A stretch of 64,000 bases of DNA from Malacoraja senta (lineage: Eukaryota): NCBI GenBank assembly GCA_038087875.1, contig JAXLNO010005889.1:62001-126000 (forward strand). The letters run 5' to 3'. The notes under the pieces are model-generated. The model had not been told where the DNA came from. It searched no databases and was given only the letters and a program-made list of their open reading frames with translations. Positions 12,830 through 25,282 of the stretch are shown here, in pieces. Position 1 is the stretch's first letter. The number at the start of each line of letters is the position of its first letter. A program made the position numbers and the translations under genes.

Positions 12830-13580
12830 TATAGATCAACTACAGAAATAGGCAGAGAAATGGTAGATGGAGTTTAATCCAACCAAGTGTAATGTTTTGC
12901 ATTTTGGGAGGACAATGTAAGGGAAGGTGTATGGTTGATGGCAAGACCCATAACTGCATTGATGTGCAGGGGGATCTTGGGGTCCAGGTCCATTGCTCCA
13001 TGAAAGTGGCAACACAAGTAGATAGAGTGGTAAAGAAGGTGTGTGGTATGCTTGCCTTCATTGGCTGGAGTTAGGGTTGAATGCAGTTCTGGGTGCCCCA
13101 TGACATGAAGAATATGGAGACTTTGGAGAGGGTGCAGAATAAATTTGTCAGAATGCTGGCATTATTGAATTGTTTTCTCTTGAATGCCTGAAATTGAGGA
13201 GAATTCAGATAAAAATGTATACAATTCCGAAAGACATAGATATGGTAGACAGCCAAAACCAATTTTTCAGGGTGGAAATGCCAAAGACCAGAGGGCATAC
13301 CTTTAAGCTGAGAGTAGCAAAGTTTAAAGGAGATGTGTGGGACAAGTCATTTTACACAGAAGGTGTTGGCAGCCTGGGACACACTGCCAGTGGTGGTGGC
13401 AGAGACAGGTACGAAAGTGGCATTTAATAGGCTTTTTAAATAGGCACATGGATATACAGGGAATGAAGGGATACGGATCATGTATAGGCAGATGAGATCA
13501 GTTTACCTTGGCATTATCTTTGGCACAGATATTGTGGGCTTAAGGGCCTGCTCATGTGCTTTACTTTCTATATTCCATTT
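12830..13580 (+). mobile_element. CR1/HER1-type LINE, RT C-terminus and 3' UTR
   Basis: W.MEFNPTKCNVLHFG, DLGVQVHCSMKVATQVDRVVKKVCGMLAFI, KTRGHTFKLR. Confidence 0.85.
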
Positions 13581-15082
13581 TACAATATTTGGAGCATTCA
13601 AATAGTGAATTACAATTAAAGATTGGGGTCTGGGAGCTCTTTGTTCGTGTTAGATGGTGTCACACAAACATTATCTACTGCCAGCCTTTAGGGCACATTA
13701 TTTATAATAATATCAGTTGTTTGTGCTGTCCTCCATCACACGCAGTGGTGTCTTTAATCTAACAAGAGTTGGACTCTTTGATAAGTGCTTTGCTCACAGT
13801 AGACTGACAGTGGATCCATCGAAGCAAAGATAAAATTCAAATAATCAATATTGCCAGATTTTAAGTAACAGGAAAACTGGAACATCTCAGAAGAATAGTG
13901 TCCCTGCGACAATTGGAGGGCAAGGTTAATATTTAATTTGAATGATTTTACATTAGAACTGCTAACTTTAACAAGGGCTGGTTTTCCATACCACAATACT
14001 CACACAAATGTACCAGGACGGTGTTAAATAAATCATCAAAGAGAACAGGGACAGTCATTTAGTTGATCATTCAAGATGCCTACTAAATATTCAGAGGATT
14101 ATATGATGATAATTAAAGACATGGGAATAGAAGATAAAATGCCTATTTGTTCTCCATCTCCCCAATGAAGGAACTCTCAATGTAATTTGTTGTACTGACA
14201 AATTACAGACAGTGTGTGGCAGGCTTGATGCACTGCCTGTCAGTTTCACATGTTCATACATTCAGTTTCATATCCACAGGATTTTTACATTCTTCTGTCA
14301 CGAACTGCACCCGTGCCATCCTCCCTGGTTTCTGTGGTACTTTCACTAAAGTTAAAATGGACAAACAGGGGAATTCAGTCCAATGTGATATACACCACTG
14401 GCAGTGCTATCTATTCAAGATGAATGACTTCGAGACTGGATGGATGTTAGCTGCTTTTGGCTCGTGGGGATTGGTTCAAAGGTGCCCAGTCTGCAAGATG
14501 TGCACTCCCTCCGTCTGTTGGCTTCCAGCATCCAATGTGAAATGATGCTGAACCTTCTCAGTCCATCACTTAATTGGCAATCTCGTCCTGAAAGGTTGCC
14601 TGGTGTGTGACTTGACTGAAATGTAAGTAGTTCTTTTCTGAAGTTGAGATCAGAGCACAGTGGAGGGGGATTAACTCTGCAGCTGACTGGAAGTCCATCA
14701 TTCTAATCTGGTTGCTGGACAGACTCAGGTAGCAGTCAAATGCAAAGGGCTGTGTTGCATTTAAAGTCAAAGTCACGGGCATGTTTGTTCTCAGCAACCT
14801 AGCCTCAGGATCATTGCAGGTTGCTCGTACTGAAATAAGTCACTGTGCTGCTCACTGCTGCATTGCAGGTGTAAGAATTGTTCTGCAGTTAAAGCAAAGA
14901 ACATTACTTTTTTCACATGTGCGAGTTTTGGTTTTGTACCTGAAAAAGGCAAGGGTGGGCGCAGGGCTCACTGTAGTCCAGGAATACAGAGAAGACACTG
15001 GCACACATGGATGCCTCCCTGGCATCATCTTGCTGCCAGCTTGTTCCCTTGGAACAAGCTGTCCCCTGCACACATTGTTCAT

Positions 15083-15180
15083 CAGTCTGAAGAAGAGTCT
15101 CGACCAGAAACATCACCCATTCCTTCTCTCCGGAGATGTTGCTTGTCCCGCTGAGTTACTTCAGCATTTTGTGTCTACCT
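15083..15180 (+). repeat. PLE-like hammerhead-motif repeat
   Basis: cagtCTGAAGAagagtctcgaccaGAAAcatcacccattcc... Confidence 0.75.
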
Positions 15181-15954
15181 TGTTCTTCAGAAGCCCATGC
15201 AGGTTCCTCTGCTCCCTGAGAGGACCCTGCCTCTGCTCCCTCCCCATCATTGCATCATGTAACACGTCTTGTAGTGGAAAAGCCGGTTGTATTTGTGGTG
15301 TGATTCAGTGAAGGTTGCTTCCTAAGATTAGTGCAGGGAGAGAAGGTGCAATTAGCAATGGGAATTTGCCTCCTATCATCATGTGTTCTTGAAACAGGTT
15401 AGTTTTACATGAGGGAGGCTACTGGTGCTGATTGGAACTGATGCAAATGCAAATTGTGATACACTTAGATCTTTATGAAATATTAATAGGAAAATTCTAA
15501 AGCTGAAAAATTGTTACCCACATATTTCTCGTCTTTTAACTCACCACCTTGGGATGGAGTTGAAGACTGCAGGACATAATTCAATCACTAAACTAGAGAT
15601 TAAAGAAAGAGTTTGAACTAATGAGGCTGGAGAATACTGGAAACAGCGCCAGGTCTCCAAACCTGGGGCCAATGAATATTGATGATTTGTGATGAAGAAA
15701 ATATTTAATTGATGATGCTATTGGCTGATTTCTGATGAAGAAAAGATTTGATTTTTTTTTATTACGTAAATTATCATTTGGAAAAATACATATATTTAAC
15801 AGGTAGGGTTCTCAGTTGGGATGTAATATCAAGAGTTGGGGATTGCACCTGGGAAGGTCTGATATCATAACCTGCCCCAATCCTTCCAGACAGACGATAA
15901 AATCACAATTTTCTTTCTTTATTCACAAGATATATGTGTCAATGGCAAAAACAT

Positions 15955-16546
15955 AGGTCTCCCCGTGACTGCGTGGGTTTTCTTTGAGATCATCGGTTTC
16001 CTTCCACACTCCAAAGACATACAGGTCTGTAGGTTAATTGGCTAGTTATAAGTGTAAAATTGTCCCTAGTGTGTGTAGGGTAGCATTAATAGACAATATA
16101 CAATAAGTGCAGGAGTAGGCTATTTAGCCCTTCGAGCCATTCAATGTGATCATGGCTGATCATCCACAAGCAGTACCCCGTTCCTGCCTTCTCCCCATAT
16201 CCCCTGACTCCGCTATCTTTAAGAGCCCTATCTAGCTCTGTCTTGAAAGTATCCAGAGAACAGGCCTCCACCGCCCTCTGAGGCAGAGAATTCCACAGAC
16301 TCACAACTCTCTGTGTGAAAAAGTGTTTCCTCATTCTAAATGGCTTACACCTTATTCTTAAACTGTGGCCCCTGGTTCTGGACTCCCCCAACATCGGGAA
16401 GCGTGTCCAAACCCTTAATAATCTTATATGTTTCAATAAGATCCCCTCTCATCCTTCTAAATTCCAGAGTGCAGGGATCGCTGGTCGGCCCGGACTCGGT
16501 GGGCCGAAGGGCCTGTTTCCGCTCTGTATCTCTAAACTAAACTAAA
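15955..16546 (+). mobile_element. 5'-truncated HE1-like SINE interrupted by a LINE fragment
   Basis: SINE body 15955-16087 resumes at about 16469 (gtgcagggatcgctggtcgg) and ends in (ctaaa)n. Confidence 0.8.
16088..16468 (-). mobile_element. Young HER1/CR1-type LINE 3' end nested in a SINE
   Basis: ORF FPMLGESRTRGHSLRIR...FFTQRVVSLWNSLPQRAVEA; highly similar to 45924-46280. Confidence 0.88.
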
Positions 16547-17718
16547 AAAGAAACTTTTCCCTAACATTAGCCAGAATGCCAGTTCTGCACTGATACATTC
16601 TTACTGCTGTGCAGTCAATGAATCCTACAGAAATATATCATTGTGAGTGTAAATAAATAGTATTATTAAATAGTTATCAGCCAAAAAAATTGCTTGACTG
16701 ATAAATAATCAAATTGTTTACTCTTAGTAATTTCTGTTCACAAAATCTATAAATCATAACTTGAGTTAAAATTAATCTGACATGTACAACGAGGTAACCT
16801 AGGCCCCTGTGTCCTGAATCGTAAATCAGAAATTGGTATTTAAAAGTAAATATAACAAATGGATCATTTGTTCCATTAAAGTCAGGCCCGGATGTGCTGT
16901 AAACATTACTGATTTAGCCCGCAACCTCACCAGCTACGGATTTCTCTGCTAACAACTTATTCCCTCTGTCCACGGAATCCTACTGCATAGATAGGAGGTA
17001 TTTGGTTCACATTTCCCCTCTTCTTCTCCTTAAAATATTAATCAAAACACAATGAGCTCCAATGTGGGAAGATTAACTTAGGTTGTTTTGTGTGGGTGTG
17101 TCATAAGCACATTCTCTAAGGGTGCATTTCCGATATCTGCAAACAAAAGGTCACTCCCAATTGTTTTTTAAAGGGATGTTCGACAATTCAACCAAGACCT
17201 GCACATGAATAAATAAGGTTTTGGTGTTTTCAATTTTAAAAGGCAAATTCATGAATCGGAATTGACATTTATTTATTGTTAGGAAGGAAGGTATCCTCCC
17301 CAATAACTAATATTGGTCACTAGAATAAAAAAGTCTGGGTACGGGGCTGGTTGTGTGTCAGCGTAATGGCACGGAGAAGAGATTATGTTATGAGCTGATA
17401 TGGGATTGGAAGTGAGTAGAATAGAGGATTGTTGATGATATTCTGTTACGGATAGAAGCTTTTGCTGTTAACTTCAGCTACCAAATGGAAAAATGCTTTA
17501 GTGCATCTTAACTATGGTGCTTAATTAAAAGAATGTGTTTTTATCAATGAAGTAAGAAACTGAAAAGGTACCCCTTGAACCTTTGCCGCAATAGAGTCTG
17601 TGATTTCAATGCTGTTTCATTCCACAACACTTTTTTCCATTCTCCAACTGCAAGCTGGCCTGAACATTTGACTCAGCTGAAAACAGATGCTAACTGTCTA
17701 GTTCTGCATTTGCCGCAG

Positions 17719-17894
17719 GGTAAAGAGGGCTATGCTGGGACCCCATGACTGGCTTTCGTTGCCTGTATCCACAGGCCTTACCTGGCTGTTGGTGGAGGGC
17801 CTGGAGGCTGAGACTGCATATCAGTTCAGTGTGCTAGCACAGAATAAACTTGGCACAGGGCCCTTCAGCGAAGTCGTCACTGTGAACACACTGG
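17719..17894 (+). CDS. IGSF9B: IGSF9B exon, C-terminal half of FN3-1
   Basis: ccgcAG acceptor. VKRAMLGPHDWLSLPVSTGLTWLLVEGLEAETAYQFSVLAQNKLGTGPFSEVVTVNTL. GTGAGT donor at 17895, phase 1. Confidence 0.96.
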
Positions 17895-18094
17895 GTGAGT
17901 CGACATATACATAGTTTACGTATGTACTAACCCTTAATGTATTGCAATATTCTTCTAGCTACATGACAACAAATAATTTCGATTTTACTAACTTATAAAC
18001 CTTTATTTGCCAATTTGTAAGCCACCATAGAAAACTATATTGACATTTTTGGAACATGGTGTACAGGGTCCGGCATTCAATTTAAGCTTTAAAA

Positions 18095-18275
18095 AAAGGA
18101 CACAAAGTTCTGAGGTAACTCACGGGTCTGCAGCATCTCTGGAGAACATGGATGTGATGTTTTGGGTTGGGACCCTTCTTCAGACTGATTCATGTTCATG
18201 CTGCCAGACCCGCCTGAGTTACTTCAGTAGTTTATGTATTTTTTAGCAAACCAGCATTTGCAGTTCCTTGTATCT
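18095..18275. repeat. Palindromic PLE-like repeat
   Basis: Minus-orientation arm ending gacccttcttcagac, followed by a plus-orientation arm ...gagttacttcag...ccagcatttgcagttccttg. Confidence 0.7.
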
Positions 18276-18414
18276 TCAATTTAAGCTTCATTGTTTGTTT
18301 ACCAATTTCTCCTTGAGAAACCTCCAGCCATGGAGCCAAGGGATGTAATCTTAACACAAAATCACTGCAGGAGGAGGGAACTTTATTGTCTCAATGATCA
18401 AAACAGAATTGTCA

Positions 18415-18705
18415 GCATGGTGGCGGTGGTGGAGTTTCTGCCTTACAGGGCCAGAGACCCGAGTTCAATCCTGTCTACAAGTGCTGTCTGTATGGATGTT
18501 GTAGATTCTCCCTGTGACTGTGTGGGTTTTCCCCAGGTACTCCGGTTTCCTTCCACACTCCAAAGACGTACAGGTTTGTAGGTTAATTGGCTATGGTAAG
18601 AGTTGTAAATTGTCTCCAGTGAATAGGATAGTGCTAGTGTACAGGGATCGTTGGTTGGCCGAAGGGCCTGTTTCCACGCTGTATCTCTAAACTAAACTAA
18701 ACTAA
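18415..18705 (+). mobile_element. HE1-like V-SINE
   Basis: tRNA-like head, V-domain, CR1-like tail gggcctgtttccacgctgtatctc(taaac)n. Confidence 0.85.
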
Positions 18706-19224
18706 AAAAAAACATTTGTGAATATTTATATGACGCAGCAGCAAGTGGTGGGAAAAGCAGAACAATTTGTGTCAGCATAAATCCAATGGGTTCAGCCAAT
18801 TTTTAGTTATTCATAAGGAACCACTGTTGATAGTGTTGAGTGGCTATTGGAAGGAAGCCATTTTTATAAAATGAAGCTTCTTCTCGTGCTGTATTTGCTT
18901 TAAATTGTATGCTTGATTATGATTGCTAATTGCCCCTGTTTGCACTAAATTCCTGCTGTGTGCAGCACCAATGCCAAATTCTTGTGTTAATGAAAAACAA
19001 ATTTAAAAATAATTAGGGTGGTTTCACCCAATTTCTGGATTTAAATGGGTGCCGTGCAATTCCTGGTGGAAATTTCAGTGTCCATTGTTGGCGAGGGGAA
19101 ACCTGCAGGAGAGGCAGGGAAATGGGGTTAGGGCATGTTCTGGCTCAGGAGCAAGGGCCTCCTTCAATGCAGCAATTCCTAAGATTAAGGCTTGCTGCCA
19201 CACTTTTCTATGATGATCGAACTA

Positions 19225-19538
19225 GGGGCGGCACAGTGGTGCAGCAGTAGAGCTGCTGCCTTACAGCGCCGGAGACCCTTGTTCGATCCTGACTGTAGGT
19301 GCTGTCTGTACAAAATTTGTACATCCTCCCTGTGACTGTGTGGGGGTTTTCCGGGTGCTCCGGTTTCCTCCCACACTCCAAAGATGTGCAGGTTTGCAGG
19401 TTAATTGGCTTTGGTAAGTTGTAAAATTGGCCAAGTGTGTAGGATAGTGACAGTGTACGGGGTGATCACTGGTCAGCGCGGACTCGGTGGGCCGAAGGAC
19501 CTGTTTCCACGTCGTATCTCTGAAGTCTAAAGTCTAAA
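19225..19538 (+). mobile_element. HE1-like V-SINE, full length
   Basis: gggcggcacagtggtgcagcag...gttcgatcc head and (gtctaaa)n tail. Confidence 0.88.
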
Positions 19539-21758
19539 AGAATTACCTAAAACCCCGCAGCTCCAGTTCTGAATCATCTGAACAAAAGTTGTGATGGGAG
19601 GCATCAGATCCTGACTCTGCAGCACTGCAGACTGGCTGTGGAACATTCTGCCACGGGGTGATAGAAAATGGGGGGGGTGGGGGGGGGGGTTGTTGAACAG
19701 GGCCACCCCACACACCCTCTCACAAATCTGTACATTGCTCTGACTGCCGCCCTGCAAGTGGCCCCGTGCCACTGTGAAGCTGAGGCTCATCACAGCATTG
19801 ATGAACGAGTTCATTAAAATGACGGCATGAAGCAATGGGACACCCAACAGTGGTGTATCAAAACTGCTGAGCAATTAACTACTGAGGCTGAGAGGTAGGA
19901 TTAGTACATATACTGGCACAGGAGCAGTGACCTTCAAGTGCTGTAATTCCCATGATTAAGGCATGCTGCCAGTATTATTTTTTTCAATAGAGAATGAATT
20001 ACCTAAATCCCAGCTCCAATTTGGAATCATCGAACACAAAATTGTATTGGGAAATTGTACATCAATCCTGCTGAGCAATTACATGCTGGGGCTGAGATGC
20101 ACTGAGAACAATCTCTTTGCCAGCCTACTGCAAGGCTGGCTCCTTGCTTTAATGTGAGTTGAATATGGTGCAATTTCTGCGGGTAAGACAGAGGTGAGCA
20201 TCGCTCGGAGTCAGGATATCATCACAAGCTTGAAAGATCCTGGAAATACATCAGCTGTGCTGACAAATGGTACCCAGAGTGCCCAATCCAATCTCCCGAT
20301 GGGCAGGACTTCCACTGGAAATATATTTAATTGCATTCAAACATGAGGTGAATGGCTTCGATGTCTCATTTGTGCAATTAAGAACAGATGCTAGTCATTC
20401 CAGTTTCCAGCTACTGTGTAAAATATTTGGAAGTTAAGGCTGTAAATGTTGTTGTTTGCACAACTGCACTGTAAGTACTTTGCATGCATTTCCAAATCAT
20501 GACAAATGCCAGCAACAGTATTTTATTCCTCATTTACCACTTCACCACCTTTCTCCATTTTTATTCAGCCATAAACGGTGCACAGACTAATGTTGATTTG
20601 AGTGATCGTTATTGATGCCCTCGTGAAATCTGATGTTTCCATCGCATTAATCAGATTTTGTGGAACTTCAGAGGTTGTTGTGGCATTTCCGTACGATCAC
20701 TTATATCGAAGTGTGACAATGAGAAGAGAAGGCAGGTTACTGTCCCTGGTCATAAGTCAGCATCAAGATTGAAACTGATAGTTATCACCTGTACAGAAAG
20801 GAGGTTATGTGTTTGTGGGGGATTATGAGAACTTGGTATGCTTCACTGCAAATGGCAATCGTGATCAAACCTTTAAGAGGAAAAAGGATAAGGAAATCTT
20901 TGCAGGAGGCAGGGAAGTGGGACTGGCTCAGGAGCAACAGATGACTGGTTAATGCTGGATGCCTATCTTTACATTGGAGAATGAACCATGTCCAACCCTC
21001 TGATTCGGTTCTGAATCATCCAATACAGAAGTTGCTGATCTGGCAACCACACGTTAATTGTGGTTATCAGATCAGCAACCACACTCAATTGAACCACAAA
21101 ATACTAATGACTATATCACAAAGTCACAAACTAGGGCATTTTTACATTTTGACCAGATATGAAGATGGAAAGTGTTTGTGTGTAAAATACATAATCATGG
21201 ATCCAGAATTACATCTCAAAATACGGTATTTCTAGGAGCTGTTTTGGTACAGGTGTTTCACATGAGATGTGATATATCAAGTGGCTCTAGTGATGAAGAT
21301 ATGATTACAGAGCCCTGAGAATATAGGTTCTCATCCGCTGACTGTACAGTTGCTTCTTCCTTGGTGCATTAAATGTGTTGGAAGTCCCTGAATACCAAGC
21401 ACATTATGAGGTATATCTTATGAAATCATGAAAATAGGTTTGTGTTTTGCTGTAACTAGTTGTATGTTCAACGAGTTAAATCAGACATTTACCAAATTTG
21501 TAAACACAATTACATTGAATGACTTTGAGCACAATAACACGGTTGTGTTATGCAACAAGCAAGTATCTTCTAAATTTTCTGGAAGTTTTAAACCACAAAT
21601 AAAAACAACTTCAGGAAAAATTAAATTAATAAATTCTATAGATGTTCAGATTATTTCCTGGTGACTGTGAAGTCTTATCTTGCTGATCTGGTAATTCCTT
21701 ACTTTTACTATCTCTTTCCCATCCATTTCACCACAAGCTCCTGCTTTTGAGCTGTTGG

Positions 21759-21975
21759 TGTTTGTGTAAGGAGGAACTGAAGATGCTGGTTTAAACTGAA
21801 GATAGACCCAAAAAGCTGGAGTAACTCAGCATCTCTGGAGGAAAGGAATAGGTGACATTTCGGGTCCAGACCCTTCTTTACACTGAAGAAGGGTCTCGAC
21901 CCGAAACATCGCCTATTCATTTTCTCCAGAGATGCTGCCTGACCCGCTGCGTTACTCCAGCTTTGTGTGTCTGAC
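21759..21975. mobile_element. Palindromic PLE-like element with back-to-back hammerhead motifs and 13-bp TSD
   Basis: Flanks TTTGAGCTGTTGG (21746-58) and TTTGAACTGTTGG (21976-88). Core CTGAAGA-A-GGGTC-TC-GACCC-GAAA-CATC at 21883-21910. Confidence 0.8.
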
Positions 21976-23452
21976 TTTGAACTGTTGGGACTGATTTGAT
22001 GAGTGCAAAGTACCCATGTTTCAGCAGTATCTCAAAATAACTGCATTGGGCATTGGGTGAAGGAAGAAATTCAAAGTTGGAAACTAACCAATATCTGGGG
22101 CTCTTAGAAGTTCTCAGATTTGCCAGCAGGTGGCAGAACGTGCTGAAGAATCATGCATCAACTGAATGAAAAATACTTGATCAGTCTAGAAATTCAACAG
22201 TAGAATCTTAATTCATCATTGCACTGCACAGTAATAACCATGTTGAAAATGGTCATTAAAAATGTATTGTCACCAAGGTTAAATCATCAATTCTTTGACT
22301 TGGCAAACATCCCAAATGCACCAGCTCTGGCCAACTCAGCAACCCAACTCCTTCACAACTTTAAATCTTACTTATATTTTTTTATGTAGACATTTTTGGA
22401 CTGAGAATTGTCTTGGATGTTCTGTTGCTCAGTCTGACATCATCTTGATCTGTTGCTTGATGCCACAGACACATCCGAATGCATGAAAATTAAATTAACA
22501 TAGCAAATACTGGGCATCTGAAACAAAAGCAGAAAATGCTGGAAGAACTCAGCAGGCTAGGTGTGGAAAGGGAAACAGTCAAAGTTTCAGTTCTGTGACT
22601 CTTTGATAAAACTGGAAAAGAGAGAAATGCATAGGAGTGAAAGCGGAGAAGGGATGTGTGGAACAAATAGTGTCCCCATTCAGTCTTTACTCCAAGTTGT
22701 CTGAAGGAGGTGAATTCAAGGGAGACCTTGATGAGTCTGGATAATGGGGAGATTATCTGTTCATTTCACGGAGCGCCACGTACCATTTTCTCCCCTCACC
22801 CAATGTTCAATGCAGTTATTTTGAGATACTGTGCGTACTTTGCATTCATCACATCAGTCCTAAAATCTCAGCTGAGATTAGTAACTTAGTGCAAATCAAC
22901 ATCAAATCGAGACCTCCTCAATGAATGACAGGTCTCTGGACCAAACTGCACAATGCAATGAAACCATTTGGAATTTGGGAGATCCGCCAGGCCTCGATTT
23001 TTTTCATGTGATATGAATTTTTTCTAACAGAAATATAATTACACAGGTGCTTTCCTGTTTTCTGTCAATAAAATTGAAGTCAATGAAAGACCACAAAACA
23101 TTTGCCATTTTCGTCAAAATGCTAAGAAGAATGTTTGAGTTCAGTCAATAACGTTGCCAGATAACTGTTCAAGGGCTCATCCATGGAATTTCTGAAGTAT
23201 TATAAAAGACTTACTCTCTTCCACCACAAGCAGTGTCCCAGAGCCCTCAGTACCCCTCCAGGTGAAAAAAATGTTACTCACCTCTCTAATTTCCCTAAAT
23301 CTTCGTCTCCTGGAGGTTTCTACTCTGCCAAGGGACCTTGGTCCTTCCTTTAATCCTGGTTTGTACCCCTTGGACAATTCCTTTCCACAATTTAACATAA
23401 AATAGGTTCTGTTGACTTATTGCCTGGATTAAGGAAAGGAAATTGTAAGGTT

Positions 23453-24190
23453 GCAATACAATACAATACAATACAATAATACATTATTAGCCAAGTATGT
23501 TTTGCAACATACAAGGAATTTCATTTGCCAAGTCAGTCATACAAATAAAAAGCAACATAACACACAAAATACATTTTAACGTAAAGATCCACCACAGTGA
23601 CTCCTCTATATACTTCACTGTGAAGGAAGGCAAAAAAAAAAGTTCAATCTCTTCCCTTCTTTGTTCTCCCGAGGTCAGGGGCCTCGAGCCTTCTGTTGAC
23701 GGGGCAATCTTTCTCCCTCCGCGTCAGGGCGATCAAACTCCAGCATCGGGGGAATCTCAGCTCCCCCGTGCCGGCGATCGGACCACGGGTCAGGGCTGGT
23801 CAAACCTTCTGCATCGTAGGAGCTCCCGACATCTACGGTCTCTACCCGAGACTGCGAGCTCTCGATGGGAAAATCCGCATGCAATCCCAGGCAAGGAATC
23901 AGCTCCGATGGTAAGTCCACACCCCGCGGTGTGGCTCAAAGTCAGTCCCGAACTCCAGCTCCACGATGTTAGGCCGCAGAGCGACCGGAAATACAACCCG
24001 GAAAACAATCGCAACTCCGGCAGGGTAAGAGATTTTTTTTAAGGTTCCCCCGACCCCCTCCCCCTCCTCCACATAAAACAAACCAGAGAACATTTACATA
24101 AACTTTTAAAACACACTAAAAATAACAAAAAAAGACGACAAAACAGACAGACTTGTGCGAGGCTGCCAATCGTGCGTCGCCCCTGGTGGT
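23453..24190 (-). mobile_element. GC-rich non-autonomous retroelement with (TTGTA)n tail; same 3' end as 61000-61174
   Basis: (caata)n run at about 23454-23476. 23485-23630 matches the reverse complement of about 61000-61150. Confidence 0.75.
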
Positions 24191-24702
24191 AAATACAGGT
24201 CCACCGCCGATTTTCTGGCACCCTTGTTTCCAGAACCTTGCCGTATTATCTGTTTGTCCGGACCAACAGAGGTCATGGCCATGAGGGGCTGAGATACCAG
24301 CCCGCAGAAGTCGGCTATGGAAAGAGATCTGCCGTCTCCGGCCGGGCTGGAGGTCAAGCCCCAGCCGCAGGGGGCAGATTCCACTTGTCAATCAGCCATG
24401 GAAGTGCCAAATGAGGTTGAATTCAGCCGCCTCACTCGGACTAGGTGCCACATCTTCGGGGGTGGACTTCAAGGGGGACATTTCAAGTGCACGCTCATAA
24501 TTTTGTCTGATTTAAAAGAGGTGCCGGACCACCAGTTGTTGGAAAAATGGTGGTGGACCTGTAATCGAACCCTAAGTACTAAAGAGGATTATGTAGTGTG
24601 TGTTGGATGCTCTGTATTTGCAATCAGGTAGCATTTAATTGTGCCGCTGCTATGGAAGAATACTTTCAGCAGAAGAGTCTATAACCTTGTTCACTCTTTC
24701 AG

Positions 24703-24929
24703 CTTTCCCTATAACCACCCGAGAACCACTGGTGCTGCTTTCTCCACCAAGGTGCCTAACAGCCAATCGAACACACCAAGGAGTATTGCTGTCTTGGCTT
24801 ACACCAGCCAACCACAGCTTTCCGATCAGCCATTATATCATGGAGTTCCGTCTGGGAGAACGGTGGGAGATTTTAGATGAAGCAATACCTGGCACTGAAA
24901 CCGAATTGCTGACCAAGGAGTTATCTCTG
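24703..24929 (+). CDS. IGSF9B: IGSF9B exon, linker and N-terminal part of FN3-2
   Basis: ctctttcAG acceptor. (A)FPITTREPLVLLSPPRCLTANRTHQGVLLSWLTPANHSFPISHYIMEFRLGERWEILDEAIPGTETELLTKELSL. GTAAGG donor, phase 0. Confidence 0.96.
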
Positions 24930-24989
24930 GTAAGGCATTATCAAGCAGCTACTGAAAGAATCTTCAAGAAATTCAGGGTGGATGCAAGA

Positions 24990-25282
24990 ACAGTAGAACA
25001 CAAAGTGCTGGAGTACTTTCTTTCCGCTCACTGGTCAGCACACAACTAAAGCTTTTCAATGTACCTTGGTACAAGTGACAATAAACTAAACTGAAGCTAG
25101 CTCGGCAGGTCAGGCTGCGTGTCTGGAGAACAAGGATGGATGATGTTTTAGGTTGAGACCTTTCTTCAGACCCAAAATGTCACCTATCCATGTTCTTCAG
25201 AGATGCTGCCTGACCTGCTGTGTTATTCTGGCACTGTATCATTTTGTGTATTGACCAGCATCTGTAGTTCCCTGTTTCTACA
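24990..25282. repeat. Palindromic PLE-like repeat interrupted by a short retroelement tail (about 25015-25095)
   Basis: acacaaagtgctggagta...[gtaccttggtacaagtgacaataaactaaac]...ggtcaggctgcg...cttcagacccaaaatgtcacc...ccagcatctgtagttcc. Confidence 0.7.

Noticed and set aside
19225-19300. tRNA gene-like sequences
   Set aside because: They are SINE heads attached to V-domain and LINE-like tails, with no complete cloverleaf.
21883-21910. Claim of an active hammerhead ribozyme at this copy
   Set aside because: The helix III palindrome is mutated (CATC for CGTC) and helix I is very weak; only the family consensus is intact.
23497-24391. Overlapping 60-181-aa ORFs
   Set aside because: GC-rich repeat with few stop codons and no recognisable domain.
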